Assembly (NCBI GenBank): GCA_965202585.1
Contig: OZ241827.1
Coordinates: 49,042,001 to 49,106,000 of the forward strand
Length of the DNA stretch: 64,000 bases
DNA from: Thalia democratica
Lineage: Eukaryota
Direction: 5' to 3'
Shown: positions 37,673 through 50,275 of the stretch, in pieces
How positions within the stretch are numbered: the stretch's first letter is position 1
Layout of the letters: each line of letters opens with the position of its first letter
Translations under genes and position numbers: made by a program
The notes under the pieces: generated by a model
Told to the model about the DNA's origin: nothing
The model's database searches: none
Seen by the model: only the letters and a program-made list of their open reading frames with translations

Positions 37673-38477
37673 TCTTAATTAGATCTATTAATAAGGACAA
37701 ATTTAGGTGACAATCTCGCACCAACATCAAGCTGAAATTATATTGTTTTTGATGTTTTTTACCCATAACTTTTTGTTGAAAATTTACATTATAAAGATAT
37801 TTAAATAAAACTAAACTAGTTTAACATAAACTAATAATACTTGGATATTTAACCTTATTTATTTTACAATATTAAGTGACTATTTCAAAAAATAATTTAT
37901 ATTGATTATAATATTGCAAGATAAAATCAATTAAATATTTTAGTTAATAATAATTAAATGTATTTCTTACTATGTATTTATATAATTCGTTTAACACAAA
38001 GTATGATTTAGATGAACATATAAAGCTTAAAACATTGACTTTTAGCCTAAAAACATAGTTAAAAAAGACACTGAACATAATACATTTTCAGCGCTTTACC
38101 TGATTTATTTTCAGCCCATTTATTTGATATAGGTGCGCCAGTACCCTAGGTTATTACCAAACTTTATAAACAACTAAGAAAATCAACATAGTAAGATAAA
38201 TAAAAATAAAATGGTAGAACATTAGTTAATAAAAGTTTAAACTAACTTAAGTTTATTTAGAATAGATTTTAAAACTAGCATGAGACTTCTATAGAATCTT
38301 GAAACTATTCTGAGCATCTCAAAAGAAACTAAACTACTCTTCTGAGTCAGTCTTAACTTTTTTATCCCAATTTTTTTTTAATTATCTGAAGTTTTAGTTT
38401 ATTTCAAACCAGCTTGAGTTAGCCTAAATAATCTGAGTGTATGCAGAGTTGTTGAAGGTCTTTTCCAGGTCTTTTAA

Positions 38478-39518
38478 GAGCATAGGGGAGTTAACACCCT
38501 TTTTTGGTTTTTGATCTTATTTTATATAGTTTTTACTAGGCTACAAGATGCTTTTTACAGATTTAAAAAATTCAAAATAATTTAAAAATGCAAACTAACA
38601 GGGTTGCCACTCCTTTTTTCAAAAATTTTTCCAGGTTTTTCAAATTTCTTCCAGGTTTTTAAAAGTACACACTTTTGGGTCTATTTTTAGTTTTAAGTTA
38701 AATTTAAGGCAAGAAACTGTGCTAAATAGTATAAAAAGATTGAAAAGATACTGTAAGGCTACTTAAAATGTGTTTTTTAATAAAAATGTTTTTTGGTAAT
38801 GACTTAAATTTTTTATCTATATGATAAATTTTTTGAGTCAAACTGAAACTTTACCACTGAACATGTTAAAGTTCTTAAAAATTCCAGGTTTTTCCAGATT
38901 TTTTTCAGAATTACTTAAATTCCAGGTTTTTCCAGGTGTTTTTTGCCTAAATTGTCAAATTCCAAGTTTTTCCAGGATTCAAGGTAAAGTGGCAACCCTG
39001 AAACTAAAACGGCAAATAACTAGAAATCACTAAAAATCTATCTCCTCCTACATTTTTTTGAGATAACTACCTCAAATTTTCAGGAAATGTTACTTGCAAT
39101 ATTTAAAAAATTCTGTCGGAACAGAATTTAAAAAAATTAGAAAATAAAAATTTTATAACAAAAAAACTAAAAAAAAAGTTTTTTTTTGTTTATTTTTTAT
39201 ATAAAACTTTTATTTTTTAATTTTTTTAAAATTCCTTCCGATAGAATTTTCTAAATATATCAAGGAACATTTCCTGAAAATTAGAGGTAGTTATCTTGAA
39301 AAATGTAGGAGAAGTTAGATTTTTAGTGAAATAGTCTATTTTTGCCATTTTGGTTTGCGCCTCCCATAAGGTACCTATTGTTGCCTCCGACTTTGACCAG
39401 CTATATCTCAAAAATTATTTTGAATTTTTTTTAATCTGTAAAAATCATTTTGTAGCTTAGTAAAAACTATATAAAATGAGATCAAAAACCAAAAAAGGGT
39501 GTTTACCCCCCTATGCCC
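38478..39518. mobile_element. Palindromic foldback element with TTAA flanks and purine (RR) termini, Kolobok-like
   Basis: TTAA|gagcatagggg... and ...ccccctatgccc|TTAA; the two halves are reverse complements along most of their length. Confidence 0.75.
38599..39000. mobile_element. Family B MITE nested in the TTAA foldback element
   Basis: TIRs cagggttgccac / gtggcaaccctg; 7-bp duplication aaactaa. Confidence 0.9.
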
Positions 39519-39829
39519 TTAAATTTCTTACAGGCTTTTGAAAGTACAAGTTTTTTGTTCATTTATTGTACAAAATAACTTATAATAATAAAAAATCTTT
39601 TATAAAAAGTTATCACAACTTCAAGGATGAATAATGTTTAAAACTTTTTTTAAATTTTCGAATTAATTTGTTTAGTTCTTGTTTTAGAAACTACGACAAT
39701 ATTTAAAGTTTATGCTCAACAAATATAACACATAATTAACCAATGTAAAATTTTAAAAACTCTATCTACAAAGTACTCATTGTTAAGTATTACTTAATTT
39801 TTTTTTAAAGTTGTATAAATGTAAATTGG

Positions 39830-40010
39830 ACATTGATTAAACTCCCAGAGTGAATAGTCTCTTTGGTCTTAAAACATTATCTTACCTTGGTTCTAAACTT
39901 TGGGAAGAATTGCCTTGAAACTTAATAGATCAGAGCTATCTTGGAGCATTTCAATATGGAATGAGAGAAAACTTACTTAAAAGACAATTAGAAAAATATC
40001 AAGCTTAATC
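39830..40010 (+). mobile_element. 3' end of a CR1/L2-type LINE ORF2 relic
   Basis: KTPRVNSLFGLKTLSYLGSKLWEELP*NL...AFQYGMRENLL resembles the conserved LINE C-terminal SY.G.KLWN.LP motif. Confidence 0.6.
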
Positions 40011-41152
40011 TTTACCAACAGTTAAACTTATATCTTAGTATTGGTGTTTGTCTTAATCTTTTTTTTTGGGGCTGATTGCTGTTGGTCTTATAAACTGGGT
40101 GAAGGTAGAGCTGGATTGGTATAGGTTGGTTTTATTATTTTTATTATTTTATTTATTATATATACTTTTTAAATTTATTTCTTGTACATAGAATTTGATA
40201 GTATTGTTTTGTCCTCATTGACAGTGTGATTAAACGAGTAGATATATTATTTTTCTTTTGTAACTCTATTTTGTAGTTTTTTATTTACTATATATTAATT
40301 GTCAATTTGTTTCAGAAGATGGAGATTTTAAATTTAGAAGTAAAAACTTCATATTTTTTAGACATTCTGGTTATTTAATTTTATTTGTTAAAAATTAGTT
40401 TTAGGTTTACAAACAGTTTATTTAACTCAATTATATACTTTTATTATTACTTTATTTTTTTCAGAATATTTGTGAAGCTTTATTATTTTGTTTTTTAAAT
40501 TAAGCTGTTTATTGATAGAAGTGATTTATTTTAAGTAGTTTAAAAAAAATTCCATCAATTATTAGTGCTAGATTTTATTGATTAAAACTGAATTGTTTAC
40601 AAATCTATAAAACAGTTAGACAATTTTTTTTTTGCTCTATTTTTATTTACCTACAAACACATGTACTAGAAATTTAAAGACACTTTTTTAAAATACATGG
40701 CGCTCTTTCAGTTTTATGACATTACTGTATATTTTATGTATACTGACATTACTAACTCTTTTTTTTTTTATGGTAAAAAAACATCAGTCTCAAACTCTAC
40801 CCCTTGCAACAATAAACGTTTTCTGGGGATCAACTCTCCCCATTTATTCAATTTTGAGATATCTGTTGCATTTTTTGTGGTTGCTCTTGTAAAAAGGGCA
40901 ACAAGAAAAATGTGAATGTACATGATCATAAAAATAGAAATCTAAGGGAGGAGACGGTGTGGAGCCCATGGTAGACTATGGTTTCCATGGTCAATATTGG
41001 CAGTAATGGGTTAAAAAAGGGTGCTTACCATTTTTAACTTAAAAAAAAATGTATATACAGTTACTTTCTAAGTTTTTGTTTTTATTTTTTTATATTGTTT
41101 TAAAGTTAGCTCAAAGAATTAGTTACAAGTAAATGGTGTGCAGCTCGATTAC

Positions 41153-41195
41153 CGAAAGGTCTTTCTCCACACCAATCTATCGACCTTAGTTGTGA
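41153..41195 (-). repeat. Highly diverged family A fragment
   Basis: ggtgtgcagctcgattaccgaaaggtctttctccacacca resembles ggtgtacgactcaataaccgaaaactttttcgtacacca. Confidence 0.45.
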
Positions 41196-42061
41196 GCGTT
41201 CACATTTTTCTTTCTTTCTAAACTGGTAAAATTTAAATTTAGGGTCAACTTTATATAATGTTAACCTTCATGTTATTGGAAAAAATTTAGTTATTCATCA
41301 GATAATTTTTCAAAATTAGGTTGATCCATCTTCTTCCTTAATTATAGAAATTTTTATATTACAAAGGCTAAAGAATTTAATTTTATATACTCATTTATGC
41401 CTATATTTATTTTGTTTTATTATAATACTGATACTGTGCTTGGGAGATTTTGGCTTTTTTGGCTTTTGAAAGTATTGACACAACTAAACTATTTTGTATT
41501 TTCATAAAAATCTTTCTTAAGCTTTGTAGGTTTACAAATCACTCCTAGCTTCCTATCATTCACAACTCTAACCATAAATAGAATTTTAAAAATTATGGTT
41601 TATTAAAAATTTGTGAAAAATCGTTTAAATTTGTTTTAACTGGTATGTAAATAATTAATAGACACGATTATTTAGTTGTACACGACCATTATTGAAAGAA
41701 AAATTAAATTTGAGAAATTTTTCTTTACTTAACAGTTTCAACAAATAGTAATTTATAACTTAAAATTTTAAAAATTTGGGTACAAGTTATTAGGGATAGG
41801 GGTTTATATGGTATAAACATACTACTGTATTATCACTCAAACTCAATTGCATAATGTTGTGAATAAAAAGTCTCTTAAAAAACTGCAGCCGACCCTAGAA
41901 AATGGGACGTTTTGGCTTTATTTATTGCTGTTATATGTTTCAGGCACATACAACTTTTTACTAACTTTTTTTTTAATTTTCTTTAGTGAAAAGACTCTTA
42001 TGCTTAGGGTCTTTGTTTTTTTAATAGACTAATTTTTTTTAGTATGCAGGATGCCCTAAAA

Positions 42062-42311
42062 CAGGGTTTCCCAAAGTGGACCAAGTTGCTTTTAAGGATA
42101 CTCTGAAGGGGGCATGTGCAGTTAAGGAGCCACAGAGAGGCTATGAGGTCATAATTTGAAATTTACACTACATATTCTAGAGTTGTTAATGACGAGAAAA
42201 AAAAAGTTTTAGGTGCTTTTAATGGTAGTTTTTTGAGTAATCTTGTTGAAACTGGCTGTAGTTTTTTTAATTTCTTGAACGGAGGCCGTTTAAAAAAAAA
42301 AGGAAAACCTG
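42062..42311. mobile_element. hAT (Charlie-like) MITE, family C
   Basis: cagggtttcccaaagt...aggaaaacctg; 8-bp TSD ccctaaaa / ccctagaa (one mismatch). Confidence 0.8.
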
Positions 42312-42329
42312 CCCTAGAATAACTGAATT

Positions 42330-43330
42330 ATTTAGAAAAGCCATTACAAAAACATTTCAAGCATACAACTTATAAGTTGAAATTGAACTTCGTCCGCTAA
42401 AAGTTGAATTTCTAGACATGACATTTTATTTATAAAAGGATAAGTTTTTACCATCCCAAAAAAAACATATCAAAAATGTTTATATGAACTTTAATTCAAA
42501 CCATCCGCATATAGCAAACAAAAAAATAACACTAATGACTAAAAAATATTATCATTTTATCCAAAACTAAAGATATCTTTGATAATATAAAACCCCTTAT
42601 GAGAAGGCTTTAAACATAAGGGTTTTAAAATCCCATTATCGTAAGTCCAGGACAACGATATAGCTAACAAAAGATAGAAATTAAAAAAACAAGAAAGTAG
42701 TTTATTTTAACCTACTCTACAGAGACTCTATAAAAAGAAACACAGGAAAGTAGTTCTTTAAATTGCTAAGTAAGCATTTTCTTAAACCATGTTTCTATAA
42801 AGCCATTTTTTATGTAAATACTATGAAAATCTAACATTCTTGTATGTCCAACCTGAAAAAATAAATCTCAAATTATATTAACAAATTTCTTCAAAACTGC
42901 AATATAATGACAGATGATTACAACAAGTCTTGCAATTGCAAATCAAAAATTAACTGTACAACTAACGGTAATTGTCTCACTGAGGAATGATAAATAAAGC
43001 TACAGTATAATATATAAATAAGATAAAACATATATTGGGTTTATTTGGAGGCAGTTTAAGAAAAGATATTACGAGCAGATGCAAGATAAAACAAAGAAAG
43101 AAATACAAGACTTTGCAGATTTATCCACAAAATCATAGATGACATTGTCGATTGGAAAAAAATAAATTAAATAGGTGATTCTCCACTCTACAAATTAAAA
43201 TAATCCAGGCAAAGTATGTTCATTTGCAATTTAAAGAAACTTTAACTAGTATTCGGATTCGCATACATTAAAAACTTATAAATAAGATTTGAGTTTGGTA
43301 GAAAAATTTAGGCACTTTATAAAACATTAT
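42330..43330 (+). mobile_element. Decayed Penelope-like element with a Cys-rich linker (Naiad/Neptune-type)
   Basis: VEFLDMTF...YMNFNSNHP...RKVVYFN...NTGK*FFKLLSKHF...NTMKI*HSCMSNL...KSCNCKSKINC.NGNCL...YIG...FKKRYYE...FRH; many stops. Confidence 0.8.
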
Positions 43331-45471
43331 TTAATTTTTTTTTTTAAGTTAATTTCTTTCTTTTTTTAAGTCAGTATATGTTTTTTATTTTATTATAAAG
43401 TACTGTTTCTATTTTTTTTATTTATTGACAGTAAGCTTAAGTTCAAATACCTTGTAATACATTTACAACTAATATCCAATCAACATATATTAAACTTAGA
43501 AAAAGTATAAAGTACTGAATTTTCGTTATTAATCTTAGAATCACAATACTGCTTAATTTTTCAGAATAAAATAGACAAATATAATTTTTAAACTACAAAT
43601 AAATTGAAACTTTACAACCCAAAACATTTTGGTGAGGATATTTTTCATTTACAGAACCCATAAATCTTAATACAGCAAAACAAAAAAAAAACAAAATTTG
43701 TTTATTATAGTTTGAATTTTATTACAATTTAGAGGTTAGCAAAGTCTTTTAATTATGTAACCACAATATTTTCATTAAAAAAACTAGTTCAAACAACTAA
43801 AGCATATTGTTTTATTTAAAGTGAGTAATAAAACAATATGGTATGATACAACTATACAACCTATAAAAAAACATCAATAAATCAAAATATTATTAAAACA
43901 GAATATTACGGAAAAAATGGTGTTTTAAGATAACTAAACAACACTTAAAGACTTCACTAAAAATTAAAATTCGCCCCTTTTAAACAATAAATATAGTTAT
44001 AATTTTAGTAAAACTTATGTATTAGTAGTTTGTATGTAACTAATATTTCTTAACATATTAGTTTTTGTAAAAAGCAACTAATTTAATGAATTTTTATTAT
44101 TCAAAATTTGTTAACAATTTTGTACCAAAAAACAATAGCTGGCTTAAATTTATAAGTTGAGTATGGCCACATACAGAACAGTTGTATTGTAGCTGTTGTA
44201 AAACAATAAATTCAGCTGTGTTAATCATGTATTTATGAAACTATGAAAACAGTAAATAGTTTATTATAAATGTGAAGGTTTTTTTTTACCTTTTGTTTTA
44301 AATGTGTGACAAAAAATTCAGACAAAAAAAGGATATTTAATTATGTTGAACATTTGAGTTTATCAATTTAGGTTTTTAAAAATTAATTTTAAAGCAAATT
44401 ATAACTTCTACTTAAGATTTATTTATTACTGGAAAATTTATAATTAAAGTAGTTTAAAACAAAAAGAGTTTTAGATTAAATTGTAATAAATTTTATTTAT
44501 TTATGTAGTTAACTTTTACAGTATGTTTATTTTCAAAGGTTTGTTTAAGAAATACATAAAATTTAGTTGTTAATCATTTTAGCCAAATAATTTTGGCTTT
44601 ATTTTGCCAAGGATAAATACAAAGCTATATTTTAAATTTGTAAAGACAAAACTTTGTTTAATTTTGTTGTAATACAAATCAGAAAAAAAATCAACCAACC
44701 AACATACTAAGTTTGTACTACTAACTAAAATAAACTTAAATAAACTTTGATAAGTTTCTAATTCTCATAGATAACTTATTGTTGAATGTATTATTTATTT
44801 AACATTAAATATTATGCTGAAGTATTTTGTGCTATTTTTTCATAAAGATCTATGCAGTTATGGTCCAATTAAGATATTAACTACTTAAATACTATTTATT
44901 ATTTCTTATTTTAAAGCATTTTCAGGTAAAATAAAACCGCCGAATAGTTTTATAAAACTTTAATAAAAATTTATGAAACATTAATCTAACAAATAGTTTT
45001 GTTTTATAACAAAGTTACTAGTTAATAAATTGTACCAGATCTGGTTATTTTTTTGAAATTAAGATCCGACAATAAAAAAGGCAATATCACTTTAACGTAT
45101 ATAAAGCATATAACTTAATTGATAACTTACAATATTAATCAATCAATTATATTTGAAATTTTATATAAAATTTCAAACTTCTGCATTTGATAAAGTTTTT
45201 TTTTTGTTTCACGAATAAACTTTTACTTGGTTAATAATTGAGTTTTACAACTTCATTTAGCTGTTTTATTAAACATGTATAACTAAAAGAAAGCTTAAAG
45301 TCTGTCTTAGAAATTACGTTAAACTTTATCTATGTGGTGTTTGACTTAATAACCGATAAGAATTTTTTGAAAACCAGGTATTAGGACCAATTATTTGAGC
45401 GCGTTTTTTCGTCCAATTAATAATAGTTACATAAAATAAGTATATTGGTTGAAAACACAAAAATCTAATTA

Positions 45472-45591
45472 AACATCGGCTAAAGTCATCAGAGCTAAGG
45501 TTTGGACTTTAATGTGCCATGAGGCAAGCTTTAGTTAATATAACGTTTTGATAATACAACTTGATCAGACCATAAGCTCTCTGTAGACTGA
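45472..45591 (-). mobile_element. Diverged 120-bp copy of the part of the 10.3-kb HHR element lying 3' of the cleavage site
   Basis: aacatcggc.aaagtc.tcagagc...tgccatgag.caagct...atcagacca.aagct...gtagactga aligns to 10282-10402. Confidence 0.7.
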
Positions 45592-45629
45592 TACTACCTA
45601 GAGCTGGTAGGGGACAGGGGTGCACGACT

Positions 45630-46200
45630 ATTCAAATTCTGACAATCCAAATTCCGACAATTCAAATTCCGACAATTCAAATTCCGACAACTCAAACTCG
45701 ACAATTCAAATTCCGACAACTCAAATTCCGACAACTCAAACTCCGACAACTCAAATTCCGACAACTCAAATTCCGACAACTCAAACTTCGACAACTCAAA
45801 TTCCGACAACTCAAATTCCGACAACTCAAATTCGGAGAATTCAAATTCGGAGAATTCAAATTCCGTCAACTCAAATTCGGACAATTCAAGTTTAGACAAT
45901 TTAAATTCCGACAACTCAAATTTGGACAATTCAAATTCCGACAACTCGAACTCGACAATTCAAATTCCGACAAATCAAATTCGGACAATAAAAATTCGGA
46001 CAACTCAAATTCCGACAACTCGAATTCCGACAACTCAAATTCGGAGAATTCAAATTCCGACAACTTAAATTCGGACAATTCAAGTTTGGACAATTCAAAT
46101 GCCGACAACTCAAATTCAGAAAATTCAAATTCCGACAACTTAAACTCGACAATTCAAACTACGACAACTCAAATTCGATAATTCCAACTACGACAATTGA
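45630..46200 (+). repeat. 15-bp minisatellite array, left arm of family D
   Basis: Tandem tcaaattccgacaac variants. Confidence 0.95.
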
Positions 46201-46514
46201 ACTTTTTGAATAAGACGACTAAAATGTACATATATGTTACAATTAATTATATAATGAGAATTAAAAGTTTTATTAAATGTTTCTTTTTTGATTTGAGATA
46301 TTAAAGTTTTTATAAAATTAATTTTTAGTTTTCAAAAGATATATAATATAAATTATTAGATATAAAATTATTTAATAGAAATAAACGACTATAAAGATAA
46401 TGTTTAAAATTTTTTGTAAAATTTTAGACATAAAAATTAAGTAATCTTAAACAATATGTATAATTTTTTTTAATTATATAAATTATTATTATTGATTATT
46501 GAAAGATAAAAAAA

Positions 46515-46590
46515 AGCGGTCAACAAGTTTTGTCTAAAGACCTGGGGTACAAAGGAACTTTTCGGTTATCGAGTCGTACACCACATGCTT
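46515..46590 (+). repeat. Family A arm fragment inside family D element
   Basis: aaaaagcgg...aagacctggggtacaaaggaacttttcggttatcgagtcgtacaccac. Confidence 0.7.
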
Positions 46591-48639
46591 ATAAGTTTCT
46601 TACGAGCTATTACATTATTTTTTATTATTTAACTATCTAAATCTTTAGTAATAAAACAATCAATTAAACGAAACGAAATAAAAGCAAACTAAACGAATAT
46701 TAATTGAGTTTTGTGTTTAAAATGTACTTAAAAACTTTTTAAGTTACATAAGAACTAATAAATTTCTATAACTTTAAATTAAGTTATAAAAGGAGACCAA
46801 CAATACTTATAGGAAACATGTGAATACCTGAATGATAGATTACAACCCCTATAAAAAAAAGTCAAAATGTAATACGCTGAATAATTTTAAGTTTACTTTT
46901 ATCAGTATTTTAAAGGTTATATTTTAATTTTATTTTATTTAATAATTTTTCCTGAAAAGTAAAAACAACTTTACATTTGAATAGATAAATAAACTATTGT
47001 ATATTTTTATAATAATTTTAAAGAAGTTATTTCTACCATAACTGAATTTAACTATTACAAACGAAAAGATAAAGATAAATACTGTAAAATTTTAGCTTTT
47101 AATAAGCAAAATAATAATAAATAATAACAATAATAGTATTAGCAATATAAGCATAAACCGATTTAAAAGATAACAACAAGTTTTTATGTAATGATGTAAA
47201 GTAAATTTACTATTTGTAAAACGTATTTCTTTAAATTAATTTGCTTAGATTAGTTGTCATTAAAACAAAAATTAGTTACTTATCACTGTTTTATACTAAG
47301 TTTATTTTTTTAAATATATTGAACATCATTAAAACATTACTTAACAAGAAACTGCTTAACAAAACCGCTTTTCCAATACATATATAATATAAATAAGAAA
47401 TAAACTGATTACAAATAATAATTCGATAGTCTAACTAGACTTATGCAATGTAGTCAATTAAAAGAAATTGAGGACCGAGTCACCGTGACAAGACCAAGAC
47501 CCGAATTCTGATTGCAACAACTAAAACGAGTATTACAATACATTATTTCGATGTCTTATAGCTGAAACTGTTTTTTTTTTTGACATATTATCATTATACT
47601 TTATTTTCATATGGTAAAATAATTATAAAATAACATTTAAATAAGTAACTTTATCAACATTTTAAACTGAAAATGTTTGTATTCTTTTAATGACATACAA
47701 TTTTATAGTCAAACTTTTCTTAAAGTAAACATTAAATTTAATAATTTTATTTATTACAAAATTTAATGTTTACTAACTGTTGGGAATACGTTTTTAGTAC
47801 TTTTTTATAGTGGTTATCCTGATGATGATATCAATTTAATTCAATTATGTAACTAAAAAGTATTACTTTCGTTATAAAAAAATTATGCAAATTAGTATAA
47901 GTCGAACAATTACTGTTTATATTAAAACAAAACCACAGCTACATGATAACTTATTACTTTTTTATTAACACAATTTATGGCATATTAAATATTGTAGTTA
48001 ACTATTTTTAATTTTATTAAATTATGTCGATTGATGTCGATTAAAAAAATCTATAAAAATAAAATAGGTAATTTTAAAGTTTAAAAACATTATTATTTTT
48101 ATATACTACGAAATATTTTTAAAATTTAGTATAGTCTTTAATCATAACAAGTTTAAATTTCTAAATCTTTTTATACAACACTTTATTAGTCCATAATAAA
48201 GCATTATGTTAAAAAGTAAACAAGCTGTTTGAAACCTGCTTAAATCAAAAGTTGCACACTAATTAATTAAATATAATCATAAGTTAGTAACAGTTTTATT
48301 TTTAACAATAACTTGTATAACATCTTACATTTTAACAGTTGCAATTACTAATTAACTTTAATTGTTAATAATATTTCTCCCATAATGCATTCATACAAAA
48401 AGTAATAAAAATGTTTAACATTAACTGAATTTACCTCAGTACAAGAATAAAATAAGGTATTACCTCTGATCTTGAACTAAACAATATGTTACGACGAAAA
48501 ATGGTGTTTTTATCACTATACATAAGTAAAAATTTAATTTCTAAATTAAGTTTTTCAAAGTCAAATTCTTACAGTTTTTTTTTATTGTCAAATAATGATA
48601 CAAAATTTATTAAAAATTTTGTAATATTGACCTTAGCGA

Positions 48640-48702
48640 GCCGATCATTTTCACCTGAGGGCCGGATCAGGCCCGCAGGTCGTATGCTGCCAAACCCTAC
48701 TC
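48640..48702. repeat. hAT-Charlie-like MITE end fragment
   Basis: gagggccggatcaggcccgcaggtcgtatgctgccaaacccta resembles the ggcccgcgggccgtagtttgcc end common in Charlie-type MITEs. Confidence 0.45.
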
Positions 48703-48844
48703 TATAAGAATAGGAAATTAAAAGCCAACACAACATCTTACAGACTTCAAAATAAAAAGTTAAGTTAAAATAAAAAGAGGTTACTTGCTACAAAAATAAA
48801 TAATTCTTGAAACTTTATTTTATGTTGTTGGTTTTATTTATCGG

Positions 48845-49410
48845 AGTTTTAGTTGTCGGCATTTGAATTGTCAAAATTAAAATTGTCGGGTTTGAAATGT
48901 CGGAGTTTAAATTGCTGGAATTTAAGTTGTTCGAATTTCAATTGTCCGAATTTGAATTATCGAAATATAAATTGCCACAATTTTTGTTTCAAATTTTGAA
49001 ATGTTAAAGTTTTGATGGTAAGAGTTCAAACTGTCGGAATTTAAGTTGTCCGAATTTGAATTGTCAAAGTTTGAGTTGTCGAAGTTTGAACTGTCTAAGT
49101 TTAAGTTGTCGGAATTTGAATTGTCCAAATTTGAGTTGTCGGAATTTGCATTGTCCGAATTTGAGTAGTCGGAATTTGAATTGTCCGAATTTGAGTTGTC
49201 GGAATTTGAATTATCCGAATTTGAGTTGTCGGAATTTGAGTTGTCGGAATTTGAGTTGTCGGAATTTGAATTGTCGGAATTTGAGTTGTCGGAATTTGAG
49301 TTGTCGAATTTGAGTTGTCGGAATTTGAGTTGTCGTATTTGAATTGTCCTAATTTGAATTGTCGGAATTTGAATTGTCGGAATTTGAATTGTCAGAACTT
49401 GAATAGTCAT
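48845..49410 (-). repeat. 15-bp minisatellite array, right arm of family D
   Basis: Tandem gttgtcggaatttga variants. Confidence 0.95.
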
Positions 49411-49811
49411 GTAACCAGCTTGTAGGTAGGGGTCTAAAAAGAGCTTTTGTTCTAATAATATGTAAATGAGAAAGTTGTTTGAAAACTAAAAAAATTAGAA
49501 CCTTTTTTTTTGTTGCTCTTTAGACGTAAATATAAAAAAAAAAGCTTACAAAAACTTATCAAAATTAATTGTTGTTATGTATCGAAATTTCATTATAAAC
49601 ATTAAGTCATTTTATACATTATTTTTACGTCTTTAAAGTTTTCTGTAAAGCTTTAAACTTTTTTGTTTATTTTCATATTTTAATTTTGGCTTTAACAATA
49701 AAAAAAAAAATATTATCACTTTAAATGGTATACGATAAATTGTTGTCGAACATAACACTAAAACTTTGTTCATTAGTTATTAAAATTAGTTGATTTAATC
49801 TAAAACTCTAT

Positions 49812-49949
49812 CTAGTGATCTACCGTATCCAATAACATCGGATCTGGATCCAAATTTAAAAAAAACTAATATTCCGCCAGATCCGAATATTTTCAAATTA
49901 AGATCCGGCCGTATCCGGATCCTAATACTTGGATCCCGTAGATCACTAG
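49812..49949. mobile_element. Small MITE with ctagtgatctac TIRs and ggatcc/atccgg repeats
   Basis: ctagtgatctacc...cgtagatcactag; related fragment at about 51290-51345. Confidence 0.7.
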
Positions 49950-50139
49950 AAGTATCTTAAAAACTACGCAAACAAAAGATAGCCTATTTCTATACTCGAC
50001 ATATATTTCTTAAAAAACTAAACTAAAATCAAAAAGCTTAGGACAAATTTGCAAAAAAATGATACAGAGCTTAAGAATACAGTGCTCATATAATTTTGTC
50101 TGATCAAGTGTGGCTCCTGTATTAGAGTTAAGAGTTTTC

Positions 50140-50275
50140 TAATTGTCCTGGACAAGACGTTAAAAGATATCCGTGTTGTGCAACTCAATAACCGAACAGT
50201 TCTTCGTACACCATGTCCTACAGCCAAATATCTTGCCAAATATCTTTAGAGCTTTTGTCCGTTCAATAAACTAAT
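50140..50275 (-). repeat. Family A arm fragment, reverse orientation
   Basis: ttgtcctggacaagacgttaaaag...caactcaataaccgaac...cgtacacca...gttcaataaac. Confidence 0.75.

Larger units (their letters stand above)
45619..49416. mobile_element. Large non-autonomous foldback element, family D, with minisatellite TIRs of about 570 bp
   Basis: 15-bp unit (caaattccgacaact/tt) arrays at 45630-46200 (+) and 48845-49410 (-); ends GGTGCACGAC and rc GGTTACATGAC; no transposase ORF seen inside. Confidence 0.8.

Noticed and set aside
38821-39411. Short ORFs of 70 and 61 aa
   Set aside because: Inside MITEs
40930-41016. piggyBac-like end (rc TTAA|CCCATTACTGCC)
   Set aside because: No matching opposite terminus found nearby
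45594-46152. Overlapping ORFs (SEFEL-, SDNSN-, CRNLN-type peptides)
   Set aside because: Translations of a stop-poor 15-bp minisatellite in several frames; not genes
45630-46200. CRISPR-like array
   Set aside because: Contiguous tandem units with no unique spacers, in eukaryotic transposon context, with no cas genes
48922-49410. 162-aa and 85-aa repetitive ORFs
   Set aside because: Same minisatellite on the opposite strand
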